Source: Octopus sinensis (lineage: Eukaryota). From it: 64,000 nt of DNA. The notes beneath the pieces are model-generated. The model saw only the letters and a list, made by a program, of their open reading frames with translations, searched no databases and had not been told where the DNA came from. The stretch lies in contig NC_043004.1 in the NCBI RefSeq assembly GCF_006345805.1, positions 25,234,001 through 25,298,000 of the forward strand, read 5' to 3'. Positions 38,451-50,042 of this stretch are shown piece by piece; position 1 is the first letter of the stretch, and every line of letters starts with the position of its first letter. A program made the translations under genes and the position numbers.

Positions 38451-38514
<64 letters not shown>

Positions 38515-38533
38515 TGATGATGATGATGATGAT

Positions 38534-39130
38534 AATGTACGCCACTAGCCCAGAAGGAATATAAGAGACGCCACGACAATATCGCCAGGCTTGTCCATTG
38601 AACACTTTGCAACAAGTATGGACTTGACAGAGAAAAAATTTGGTACGACCACAAACCTGAAGACATCTTCGAAAATAGAAATGCAAAGATCCTAAGGGCT
38701 ATTTCGATTCAGTGCGACCATGTAATAGAGAATAGGAAGCCAGACATAGTCTTAATTGAGAAAGAAAACAAATACTATGTTGGATCATAGATATAGCATG
38801 CCCAGCTGACAAGAAGGTATGCGATAAGGAAGAAAGAAAAGTTGAGAGATATGACAGGTTAGCTTGGGAAGTTAAGCACTTGTGATCGATGAAAAAGGTA
38901 GCAGTATTACCAATAATTGTCGGAGCCCCGGGAACAGTGAGCAAAAATCTCGAGAAGTACGTTGAACAAATAGGGGCTGCAATAAGGGTGGAGCACTTGC
39001 ACAAAACTGCACTGCTAGGAACTGCTCGAATACTCCGGAAGGTGCTCGAAAAATAAGAGGTGTTACCTTAGTTCACTGGTAGTGAACAGCTGACACTAGT
39101 ACATCTCAAGCGTAGAAGCTGTGCAAAGGC
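38534..39130 (+). mobile_element. R4/Dong-clade retrotransposon 3' fragment (subfamily 1)
   Basis: LAQKEYKRRHD...RKPDIVL...D..CP...K.ERY..L...KTALLGTARILRKVLE*, i.e. restriction-like endonuclease (RLE) motifs. Followed by (AAT)n. Confidence 0.88.
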
Positions 39131-39187
<57 letters not shown>

Positions 39188-39188
<1 letters not shown>

Positions 39189-39729
39189 GCTCTGGTGCTG
39201 GACCAAGTAGTGGCTCTCATGGCTTCCGATCTAAACTGATTGGAAGTATTATCATGTACATTGTTTTGTCTTGGTATAAAAGATGGGCTACAGCAAATAT
39301 TCTACTCAGTATCATAGATTTTCTTGTCAGTTGCTTGACCTTAACCAGTTGAGCATGTCTCTTGGTGGCTGACAATATGTGCATCTCTGATCACAAGCAG
39401 AAGTAGTTGGGGAGCATCATAGTCATGCGTTGATAGGAATTCTTCGGGGTTTGAATAATTCACCTCTGGAGACATGGGTGTTTCGTTCAACATCCTTAAA
39501 CAAATCTTATTCAGGGACCTTTTGAGCGGGATAGGCTTCTCGACCAGAAAAAAATTCTAACTGGACTCCACCTGCAAGGTCATGCCCTGTTTATCTTGAT
39601 ATGAGATAACTACGTCGCGCACATATCGCTGTGATGCATGTGCCTAGTGTACCTTTATCAGACGTAGTCATGATGGGTATACTGAGCTTCGTATATTTGT
39701 ACTCCAGTGTCACTTTGATGGCATGCACT

Positions 39730-39732
<3 letters not shown>
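39188..39732 (+). mobile_element. ~550 bp non-coding element in (TAA)n arrays, copy 1 (strand arbitrary)
   Basis: Homologous end-to-end with 42641-43184 and 43583-44133. Followed by (CT)n. Confidence 0.85.
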
Positions 39733-39802
<70 letters not shown>

Positions 39803-39811
39803 AATAATGAT

Positions 39812-40770
39812 AATCGTGAGCGAGATCTGCTATAGTATGCAAGGAAGGCTATAGTATACTGTAGTATGCTGGTAGAAGGATTTACTAACAATGAGGTTGA
39901 GAGTGCCAATGAATTCCAATCACGAGTTGCTACTCCCACGAAATTAACAACTTAAAAGACCAAGAAGAATCATGGATGTAATTCAATAAAGGTGTTCTTA
40001 AAGTGAGGACTGAAACCTGATCATCGCTGCCTAGGACCAGGCATCGAATACCAAGCACACTAATTCAATGAAAAACGATATTATACCACACATGTGCAAC
40101 GAACCTCAGCAGAATGTGTGGGAAGAAGGCTGATAGCATGACTCACATCGTTAGAGCTTGTGGAAGTCTTGCACAGAAATAGTACAAGCGTAGACGCGAC
40201 AAGGTATCATTAAGTCTTCACTGGCTACAATGCCAGAAGTGTGGATATAAGGTAACGGACGCCTCGTACCAACACAAACCGGAAAAGATAATGGACGAAA
40301 ACGAGTAGGCAAAGATTCTCTGGGACTTTGACTTCCAGACAGATAAGGTCACCGGAGGCCGGATATAGTAGCGTTTAAGAGGCACAAGCAAGAGCGCCTA
40401 ATAGTTGACGTGGCAGTGCCAGATCAATATATTATGAAAGAATGAGAAAAGACAGACAAATATGGAGACCTGAAAATTGAGATCGCCAAGATATGGCAGC
40501 TACGAGAGTCGAATGTAAAGGTGGGTCCTGTTGTCATCGGAACATTGGGTTCAATAGCGCCGAAACTGAAGAAGCGTCTAGACACTTCAGAAATACCTTA
40601 CTATCTTGGTGTGTTGCAAAAATTGGCTTTTTCTTGGAACTGCACGCATATTGCGTGAAGTACTGCCTGTCTCAGATCCTTGTGACATGGCAGACAGCAC
40701 AAATCCTTGGTGGACACAATATCATCAATCTACAACATCATAATATTGGATAACGCGCGACGTCTTCTTG
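39812..40770 (+). mobile_element. R4/Dong-clade 3' fragment, degenerate (subfamily 2)
   Basis: Degenerate AA.DQA, CCHC finger, KILWDF..QTD, RPDIV, VDVAVP, GTARIL motifs, followed by an (AAC)/(AAT)n tail. Confidence 0.8.
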
Positions 40771-40795
40771 AACAACAACACCACCACCAACAATG

Positions 40796-40843
<48 letters not shown>

Positions 40844-40860
40844 TAATAATAATAATAATA

Positions 40861-41087
40861 CGTGTGATGTGAGATTGTCTTAACTGGTACATCACACGTA
40901 TTGAGAAGAGCATTGTCGATGTGAGAACTGTTGCTGCTCATGTATTTTAAGTTAAAAAAAAAAAAAATGAACGAACTATTGAGTTTGGTTTAATGGCCTA
41001 CCAATGTATACTATGAGTTTCTTTGCCCTAGGAGTCGGGAAGACACTCGGCAAGAAATGGAAGCAAATTTGGAAGAAGAAAAAAAAA

Positions 41088-41088
<1 letters not shown>
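40861..41088 (+). mobile_element. R4/Dong-clade extreme 3' end (related to the 45598 copy)
   Basis: IVLTGTSHVLRRALSM* versus IVLTGTAHVLRRALSL* at ~46135-46185. Similar 3' UTR (gccctagg..acactcggc.agaaa.ggaag) then (AAT)n. Confidence 0.75.
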
Positions 41089-41127
<39 letters not shown>

Positions 41128-41739
41128 TGATGATGATGATGATGATGATGATAATAATAATAATAATAATAATAATTTATAGCACAAAAACAGAGCCGTA
41201 AATATATAGATTTATAAGAAGAAGTGGTTTGTCGATGAAATCGCCAGTTCTCAACTCGTACATTAATTATTCTTAACTCCAAGAAGGATAAAAGGTGAGA
41301 TGAAACCCCATTCCAAAGGGACGTAACTACATATATAAGATAATTTATTCATATCTCTACAAGTCTTTAGTTACGTCCCCTTTACCAGAGTTCGAATAGT
41401 GCAGTGATAATATTTATTTATTTATTTGTTTATTTTTTTATTTATTTATTTTTTTATTTTTTTATTTTTAAGGTGGTTCGCTAGCAAAGTCATTAGCACG
41501 CTGGACAAAATGCTTTGTAGCATTCCGTCCGTCTTCACGTTCTGAGTTCAAATTGCGCCAAGTTCGACTTTGCCTTTTATCGTTCGGAGGCCGATAAAAT
41601 ATGTACCAGTTAAGCACTCGAGTCGATGTAATCGATTTACCCACTCCCCCAAATTGTTGGCCTTGTGCCAAAACGTGAAATCGATATTTATTTATTTATT
41701 TATTTATTTAAGGCTGGTAGAATAGTTAGCATCGTGGGT

Positions 41740-42512
41740 ATGGCTTGAGCGAGGTGATTTGAGGCATACCACCGAAAGCCCGATCACTGCTGCACAAGAC
41801 CAGGCTCTCGCTACCAAGTCAGTAGAGTATAACATCTATAAAAACTTCTGACACCCAGGAATGCAGACTCTGTGGAAAGAGTGTGGAAAATGTGACCCAC
41901 TTGGTAAGTAGATGTGAGAGCCTTGCACAAAAAGAATACAAACGCCGCCACAATAAAGTATGTGGGTATCTTCATTGGCTCTTATGCCGTAAACACCAAT
42001 ATGAAATAACAAAGAACTGGTATGAGCAATGTACCAAGTAAAGTTATGCAAGAGGATGGAAAAGTAACGATACTCTGGTACTATGATTTTCAGACGGATC
42101 GTATAATTGAACATCTTCGGTCGGATGTTGTCGTATTGAATAAGGGAGACAAATACTGTTTGATCATTGATGTAGCTATACCAAATGACATGAATGTTGT
42201 GAGTATAGAGGTTGAAAAAATCACCAAGTACTCCGAATTGAAAGTGGAAATGACAAGACTGTATGGAATGCGAGAGGGTAATGTAAAAGTGATGCCAGTG
42301 GTAATCAGAGCGTTTGGGCTCAATCCCATTGAAACTTCAAGACTTTTTAAGGTAACTGGAAATCCCATGCAAGATTGATGTTTTGCACAAAGCAACCTTA
42401 TTGGGCACAGCGCATATCTTAAGGAAAGCATTATATGTCTAAGGTCTTATTTTGTGACTTGACAGGTGACTAAAGACTCCGGTGCATTTTTACCTAGACT
42501 GTGTTACGAGGG
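41740..42512 (+). mobile_element. R4/Dong-clade 3' fragment (subfamily 3)
   Basis: AAQDQAL, CRLC...H..S.C, ORF 42022..42378 (ILWYYDFQTDRIIEHLRSDVVVL...IDVAIP...EKITKYSEL). (AAT)n tail. Confidence 0.88.
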
Positions 42513-42522
42513 AATAATAATA

Positions 42523-42567
<45 letters not shown>

Positions 42568-42575
42568 TAATAATA

Positions 42576-42640
<65 letters not shown>

Positions 42641-42641
<1 letters not shown>

Positions 42642-43184
42642 GCCTGATGCAGTACCAGGCAGTGGCTCTCATGGCTTCTGATCTAACTGATTGGAATGTT
42701 ATCATGTACATTGTTTTGTCTGGTATAAAAGATGGGCTACAGCAAATATTCTGCTCAATACCACAGATGCTTGTCAGTTGTTTGGCCTTAACCAGTTGAG
42801 CATGTCCCTTAGTGGATGAGATTGTGCATCTCTGATCACGAGCAGAAGTAGTGGGGGAGCATCATAGCCATGTGTTGAGAGGGATTCTTTGGGGTTTGAA
42901 TAATTCACCTCTGGAAACATGAGTGGTTTTTTCAACATCCTTAAACAACCCTATTCAGGGACCGTTTGAGTGGGATGGGCTACTCAACCTGAAGAAAATT
43001 CTAACTGGGCCCCACCTGCAAGGTCATGTGCTGTTTATCTTGATATGAGATCACCATGTCGCGCACATATGGTTGTGTGCATGTGCCGGTGTACCTTTAT
43101 CAGACAGGTAGTCATGATGGGTATATTGGGCTTCGTATATTTTACCCCAGTGTCACTTTGATGCATGAACTGCTCTCTCACTCA
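42641..43184 (+). mobile_element. ~550 bp non-coding element, copy 2
   Basis: tgcctgatgcagtaccaggcagtggctctc...gcatgaactgctctctca, flanked on both sides by (AAT)n. Confidence 0.88.
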
Positions 43185-43210
43185 TAATAATAATAATAAT
43201 AATAATAATA

Positions 43211-43447
43211 TTCAGACAAATACATAACAAAAACACCTATTCAGACAAATACATAACAAAACCACCAGGACTTACAAACACATATAACATACAGAAAATT
43301 GCACTACTAGGCACTGCACAATCCTACGCAGAACACTTTCCATACAATAACCATCAGAGCATCACAACAAATCACAGCACATACCCAGGGCACACAGAGC
43401 TGTGCTCGCTAGTGAAGTGAAAGCACGCTATAAAAATAAAACTACTG
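43211..43447 (+). mobile_element. R4/Dong-clade 3' tip, same subfamily as the 47268 and 50040 copies
   Basis: KIALLGTA.ILRRTLSIQ* end and the same 3' UTR (...aaaactactg) plus (AAT)n. Confidence 0.9.
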
Positions 43448-43507
43448 AATAATAATAATAATGATAATATAATAATAATAATAATAACAATAATGATAAT
43501 AATAATA

Positions 43508-43582
<75 letters not shown>

Positions 43583-44133
43583 GCCCTGATGCAGTACCAG
43601 GCAGTGGCTCTCATGGCTTCTGATCTTAACTGATTGGAAGTGTCATCATGTACATTGTTTTGTCTTGGTATAAAAGATGGGCTACAGCAAATATTCTGCT
43701 CAATACCACAGATTTGCTTGTCAGTTGTTTGACCTTAACCAGTTGAGCATGCCCCTTAGTGGCTGACGATATGTGCATCTCTGATCACGAGCAGAAGTAG
43801 TGGGGGAGCATCATAGCCATGTGTTGAGAGAGATTCTTTGGGGTTTGAATAATTCACCTCTGGAAACATGGGTGGTTCTTTCAACATCCTTAAACAACCC
43901 TTATTCAGGGACCTTTTGAGCGGGATGGCCTACTCGACCTGAAGACAATTCTAACTGGGCCCCACTTGCAAGGTCATGCGCTGTTTACCTTGATATGAGA
44001 TCACCATGTCGCGCACATATGGTTGTGATGCATGTGCCTGGTGTACCCTTATCAGACGGGTAGTCATGATGGGTATATTGGGCTTCGTATATTTTACCCC
44101 AGTGTCACTTTGATGGCATGAACTGCTCTCTCA
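43583..44133 (+). mobile_element. ~550 bp non-coding element, copy 3
   Basis: Same ends and internal sequence as copies 1 and 2, flanked by (AAT)n. Confidence 0.88.
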
Positions 44134-44136
44134 ATC

Positions 44137-44186
<50 letters not shown>

Positions 44187-44705
44187 TGATGATGATTCTT
44201 TCTACTAAAGGTACAAGGCCAGCAATTTCGGGAGAGGGTCTAAGTTGAATACATCGACCCCAGTGATCAAATGGTATTTATTTTATCGATCTCGAAAGGA
44301 TGAAAGACAAAGTCGACCTCAACGAAATTTGAACTCAGAACGTAAAGACGGACGAAATGCCGCAGAGCATTTTGTTGGGTGTGCTAATAATTCTGCTTCT
44401 GCCTTAATAATAATAATCTATATGATAATCTGCTCGTTCGTTCGCCTGTATACTTGAGTAAGATAGGTGGAGTAAAAGTGAGAGAGAAAAGAGGGAGAGA
44501 GAGAAAAGAGGGAGAGAGAGAAAAGAAGGAGAGAGAAAAGGGGGAGAGAAAAGTAAAAAAAATGTTAACGCCGTGCGGTAGGGTGGGGAGGGGAGGATAA
44601 AGAGAAAGAGATATGTTTATGATACAATATTTAGCAGAGGGCGATGTTCTGGTGATGAAATTAATGAAAGGCAGACAGAAAGAGATGGACAGGGTAGGCA
44701 GTTAC

Positions 44706-44740
<35 letters not shown>

Positions 44741-44997
44741 GAGAGACAGGGACAGAGATGAAAAGGAGAATTGCATGATTAAAGAGTTTGTTGAAAAGGT
44801 AGAGAGAAACAGGGAAATATAAAATGCTTAGGTGAGGGAAATTTTAAGATCATATAATATACTGTGACTGGAAGTAAAATAACTAAGTAAAATAAAAGTA
44901 AAAATGCACCTCATCCTTTCTTTCTTAAATAGCTTCTCTCATTCCTTTTCGTTCTGTAGAATTTTTACGAGTCCCACCAGCTATAATAATAATAATA

Positions 44998-45038
<41 letters not shown>

Positions 45039-45555
45039 TAATAATAAAGTACAAACACTAACCACCATTAATCACGTAGACATTCCCATCCTTATACATA
45101 TAGACACTACTGTTTGTACAAGCCACACACAGACAAAAAACAAACATCGATCATACAGTATTTGAAGTACTTAAATTAATAATAATATTGGTGTTAACAA
45201 TGATAATGGTGATGATGATGATGAGGATGGTAGTGGTAGTGATAATAATAATTAGGCCCCTTAGCACACCGGGCGAATGGCTTAGCGGTATCTCGTCTGT
45301 CTTTACGTTCTGAGTTCAAATTCCGCCGAGGCCGACTTTGCCTTTTATCCTTTCGGGGTCGATAAGTTAAGTAGCAGTTGCGTACTGGGATAGATCTAAT
45401 CGACTGGCTCACTTCCCCAAAATTTCGGGACTTGTGCCCGTAAGCTGACCAAGCTAGCGCTGTAGAGGTCACATATATTCCGCTCCCCACAAAAATTATT
45501 TTCTTTTGCTGCCCACGAATTTTTTCAAAAAGCCGATCCAGCCAGCCAACCAGCC

Positions 45556-45597
<42 letters not shown>

Positions 45598-46332
45598 AAA
45601 TGGAGCTGACCCAAAATGCCGATTCTGTAACGATGAGATTGAAACAATAGACCACCTGATCTCAGGGTGTAGAGTCTTAGCACCTGCAGAATATAAAGCA
45701 AGCATGACAGAGTCGGCCAGTATTTACATTGGACAATATGTCGGCATTATAAAATCAAAACCTCTGACAAATGGTATAAACATCATCCTGAAGCTGTGAC
45801 TGAGGGAGAAAATGTGTCGATTCTATGGGACTTTCTCGTGCAGACCGACAGGACTATAAAAGCTAATAAACCGGATATTATTATAAAAGATCAGATAAAA
45901 AGGAAGTGTTCATTAATTGACATGAGTATTCCCTGTGATCACAATATAGCGGTGAAAGAATTTGACAAGATTAGTAAATATAAAGACATGCTAATAGAAA
46001 TTGAAAACATGTGGCATCTCCAGGCAACTACAGTACCAGTGATTGTAGGATCTCTAGGAATGATAAAAAAAAAGGTACTGAAACCTATTTGAAAATGATT
46101 CCAGGCTTACCATCCCTACAGGAAGTGCAAAAAATCGTATTAACTGGAACGGCTCATGTACTGAGAAGAGCACTATCGTTGTGAAAATAACATCCATCCA
46201 TGAATTTATTTATTTATTAATTTTTAAATACATATTTTATCTGTGAATTTGCGCGTGTAATCTGGGAATATATACAATGCCCTTCTCTGCCCTAGGTGTA
46301 TGGAAAACACTCGGCGAGAAACGGAAGAAAAT
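45598..46332 (+). mobile_element. R4/Dong-clade 3' fragment (subfamily 4)
   Basis: CRFC..EIETIDHLISGC finger and ORF 45796..46092 (ILWDFLVQTD..ANKPDIII...IDMSIP..KYKD). 5' side abuts (CTA)n, 3' side (AAT)n. Confidence 0.88.
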
Positions 46333-46353
46333 TTGAAGAAAGAAGGAAAGAAC

Positions 46354-46416
<63 letters not shown>

Positions 46417-46429
46417 GTAATAATAATAA

Positions 46430-46790
46430 TTGAAAACATTCCGACGGAGTCAAACAATTTAGTGATAACATCAAAATGGAAGTTGGGCTCGACAAATATG
46501 TCAAGGCAACATTTACCAAGGGAAAACTTAACAAACATACAACACCACTCATGACAGCGATACCGAGATAAAAGGACAGTTATATTTCGGAGTATGTGAA
46601 GGAGATGGAGTTAAACACTCACCAATGAGAGAAAAAAAAATAAGAATGAGTGCTACCGAAGATTAGTTGAATGCCAGACACAAAATTGAGGCTATAAACA
46701 TATTGGCCATGCCTGTAATCACATATAGCTTCAATATTATAAACCGAACCCTTTCTGAGTTCAACAAAGGTGACGGCAGACGAAACACCT
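46430..46790 (+). mobile_element. Degenerate R4/Dong RT-thumb fragment
   Basis: VKQFSDNIKME.GLDK..KATF..GKL and LNARHKIEAINILAMPVITYSFNII motifs, starting at an (AAT)n array. Confidence 0.7.
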
Positions 46791-46794
46791 ATTT

Positions 46795-47020
46795 CTTTAC
46801 TACCCACAAGGGGCTAAACACAGAGAGGACAAATAAGGACAGACAAACAAATTAAGTCGATTATATTGACCCCAGTGCGTAACTGGTACTTAATTTATCG
46901 ACCCCGAAATGATGAAAGGCAAAGTCGACCTCGGCGGAATTTGAACTCTGAACGTAACGGCAGACGAAATACGGCTACGCATTTCGCCCGGCGTGCTAAC
47001 GTTACTGCCAGCTCGCCCTT
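46795..47020 (-). mobile_element. SINE family B, young copy
   Basis: Reverse complement of the 53213 copy. Further minus-strand copies at ~41470-41680, 44200-44410 and 45255-45445. Confidence 0.88.
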
Positions 47021-47171
47021 GTCAAGCAACTGACAAGCAAATCTGTGGTATTGAGCAGAATATTTGCTGTAGCCCATCTTTTATACCAAGACAAAACAAT
47101 GTACATGATAACACTTCCAATCAGTTAAGATCAGAAGCCATGAGAGCCACTGCCTGTACTGCATCAGGGCA
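47021..47171 (-). mobile_element. ~550 bp element, partial copy 4 (inverted)
   Basis: Reverse complement of the first ~150 bp of copies 1-3, adjoining (TTA)n. Confidence 0.85.
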
Positions 47172-47190
47172 ATTATTATTATTATTATTG

Positions 47191-47248
<58 letters not shown>

Positions 47249-47267
47249 CATTATTATTATTATTATT

Positions 47268-49964
47268 CAGTAGTTTTATTTTTATAGCGTGCTTTCACTT
47301 CACTAGCGAGCGCAGCTCTGTGTGCCTTGGGTATGTGCTGTGATTTGTTGTGATGCTCTGATGGTTATTGTATGGAAAGTGTTCTGCGTAGGATGTGTGC
47401 AGTGCCTAGTAGTGCAATTTTCTGTATGTTATATGTGTTTGTAAGTCCTGGTGTTTTTGTTATGTATTTTTCTGAATATTTTTTTATCATGCCTAATGCA
47501 CCTACTATGATAGGAATTGTTTCTGTTTTCAGATTCCACATTCTAGTTACCTCTATTTCCAGGTCTTTGTATTTTGAGAGTTTCTCCATTTCTTTTAGAG
47601 ACACGTTGTCATCTGCCGGTATTGATACATCAATTAGAAGGCATTTTTTTTCTTCATGATCTCTGAGAACTATATCTGGTCTGTTGGCCTTAATTTCTCT
47701 ATCTGTGTGTATCGGCATATCCCAGAGTAAGGTTGCTTTCTCGTTTTCTGTGACCTTTTCTGGTGTGTGCCTATACCATCTTTTTTCTGTTGTTATTCCA
47801 TAATGTTGGCATAGCTTCCAGTGTATGTAGGTTCCAACTCTGTCATGTCTGTGAATATATTCCTTCTTAGCCAGGACTGGGCAGCTAGAGATAATATGAT
47901 TTATTGTTTCTTGTCCATCTCCACATATTCTGCAGTTACTTGTAATATTTCTTTTCATTACATGTTTTTGGTAATTTCTGGTGGGGAGGCTTTGGTCTTG
48001 TGCTGCAATTAAAAATCCCTCTGTTTCTGCTTTGAGTCCTGAGCTTCTCAACCATTGCTGGGATTTTTCTTTGTTTATTTCTTTTGCGTTTAGTTTAGTG
48101 CAGTATTTACCATGAAGGGGCTTTTCTTGCCATCGTTTTATCATGGTTCGTTGCTGTTCTATTTTTAGTTTGGATTTCATTTGTTTTATAGCTTTTGTTG
48201 TTTCTGTTCTTCTTCATCTTCTTCTTCTTCTTCTTCTTCATGTTTATTAGGTGGTATGATTTCTTTTTGTATTTGTCAGCTTCCTTAAATACAGAGAACA
48301 GTTTTTGTTTTGCTCGTGTTTTGCCGCTATCTGGATCAGTTTTCCTTCCTTCTGAAGTAGATATTTTTGCAGTCCTATGGTGGTTATTTTATAGTAGTTT
48401 TCCAGCTGTATAAGGCCTCTACCACCTTCTATACGTTGTATATATAGTCTTTCTATGTCAGATTTTGGGTGATGCATCCTAGATCCTGTCATTATTTTTC
48501 TTGTTTTCCTATCTATTTTGGTCAGTTCATTTCGTGTCCAGTTAAGGATATTGTAGCTGTAACTTATAACTGGGACAGCTAAAGTGTTGATACCCATTAT
48601 CTTGTTTTTGGCATTGAGCTCTGTTTTTAGTATTGATCTAACTCGTCTATAATACTCTTTTTTTATTTTCTCTTTCATTTGTGTGTGTTGTGTCTTATCT
48701 AGTTCATGGATTCCTAAGTATTTGTAAGTTTGGCTTTGGTCTAATTCTTTTATTTCATTGGTTTTATCTAGTGGGATGTTGTTACTCTTAACTAGTTTTC
48801 CTCTTTTCAGGGTTACTTTGGCGCATTTTTCTAATCCAAATTTCATATCTATTTCTTTGGTAAATCCATGAACTGTCTTTAATAGTGTTTCCAGCTGTTT
48901 GTCATTTGCAGCGTATAGTTTTAGGTCATCCATATATAAAAGGTGGCTGATCGTTTTGCCGTAACATTTATATCCGCATCCAGTTCTATTTAGTATATCA
49001 GATAGAGGTGACAGTGCCAAGCAGAAAAGGAGTGGAGAGAGCGTGTCTCCCTGGAATATTCCTCTTCTAATGGGGATGTCTTTGGTTTTCATGAGTCCCT
49101 CCTTTGTTTGGAGGTGTAGGACTGTTTGCCATTTATTCATAGAGTGCTCTATGAATTTTATGATTGTTGGTGCTACTTTGTTAATGGCTAGTGTTTCGAG
49201 GATCCATGTGTGGGGGATGCTATCAAACGCCTTTTTGTAGTCAATCCAGGCCATACTGAGGCCTTTCTTCTTTCTGTGGCTGTCTTCAGTTATGGCTTTA
49301 TTAATCATTAGTTGATCTTTACAGCCATATGAGCCTTTGCGGCATCCTTTCTGCTCTTCTGGGAACAGTTTGTTTTCGTCCAGGTGCTTGTTCAGCCTTT
49401 GTGATATCACTGCAGTAAATGCCTTGAGCATAGTAGGGAGGCAGGTTATTGGTCTGTAGTTTTCTGGTTTTTCTGTTTCATTTGATTTGGGAATTAAGAT
49501 GGTTTTCCCCTTCGTGAGCCATTCAGGCATTGTCTCTGGCTCTGCTAGTATGTTGTTAAAGTTTTCAGCCAGCTTTTTGTGCATTCCTGTTAGATATTTC
49601 AACCAGAAGTTGGGGATCTTGTCATGCCCAGGTGCCTTCAAGTTGCTTAGTCTTTGCAGTGCCTGGGTGACCTCTTCAGTTGTTATGGGGGTCCAAAGTT
49701 GTTCAGATGCCGAGTTTGTTATTTTGATACTCCTTTTTTTTGGTTGTTCGTTCGCCGACCATATTTCTCTCCAGAATTCTTCCAATTCTTCTGCCGTTGG
49801 TGCTGCAGTGACTTCTATTTTATTTTTGCCCTGTTCTTGGTAGAACTTTTTGGGGTTGGAGTTGAACTCTTTGTTTTGTTCAAAGAAGCGTTGGCGTTTC
49901 TCGTACCGGCGGATCCTTTGTGCTTTGGCAAGGATATCTTGCTTCAGCTTTTCTTTTATCTCAG

Positions 49965-49965
<1 letters not shown>
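47268..49965 (-). mobile_element. 5'-truncated, very young R4/Dong-clade non-LTR retrotransposon (RT, CCHC finger, RLE)
   Basis: ORF 48247..49785 has RT motifs (NYRPITCL, WIDYKKAFDS, GIFQGDTLSPLLF, LLYMDDLK). ORF 47365..48180 has CRICGD..ETINHIISSC and NRPDIV...IDVSIP...K.SKY. The frame is open up to the 5' junction at 49965. (TTA)n on both sides. Confidence 0.96.

Positions 49966-50039
<74 letters not shown>

Positions 50040-50042
<3 letters not shown>

Noticed and set aside
43615-43640. Resemblance of the 550 bp element (reverse strand atcagttaagatcaga) to U2 snRNA
   Set aside because: About 16 nt of imperfect similarity, with no branch-point recognition or Sm site. An HDV-like P1 helix could not be built either.
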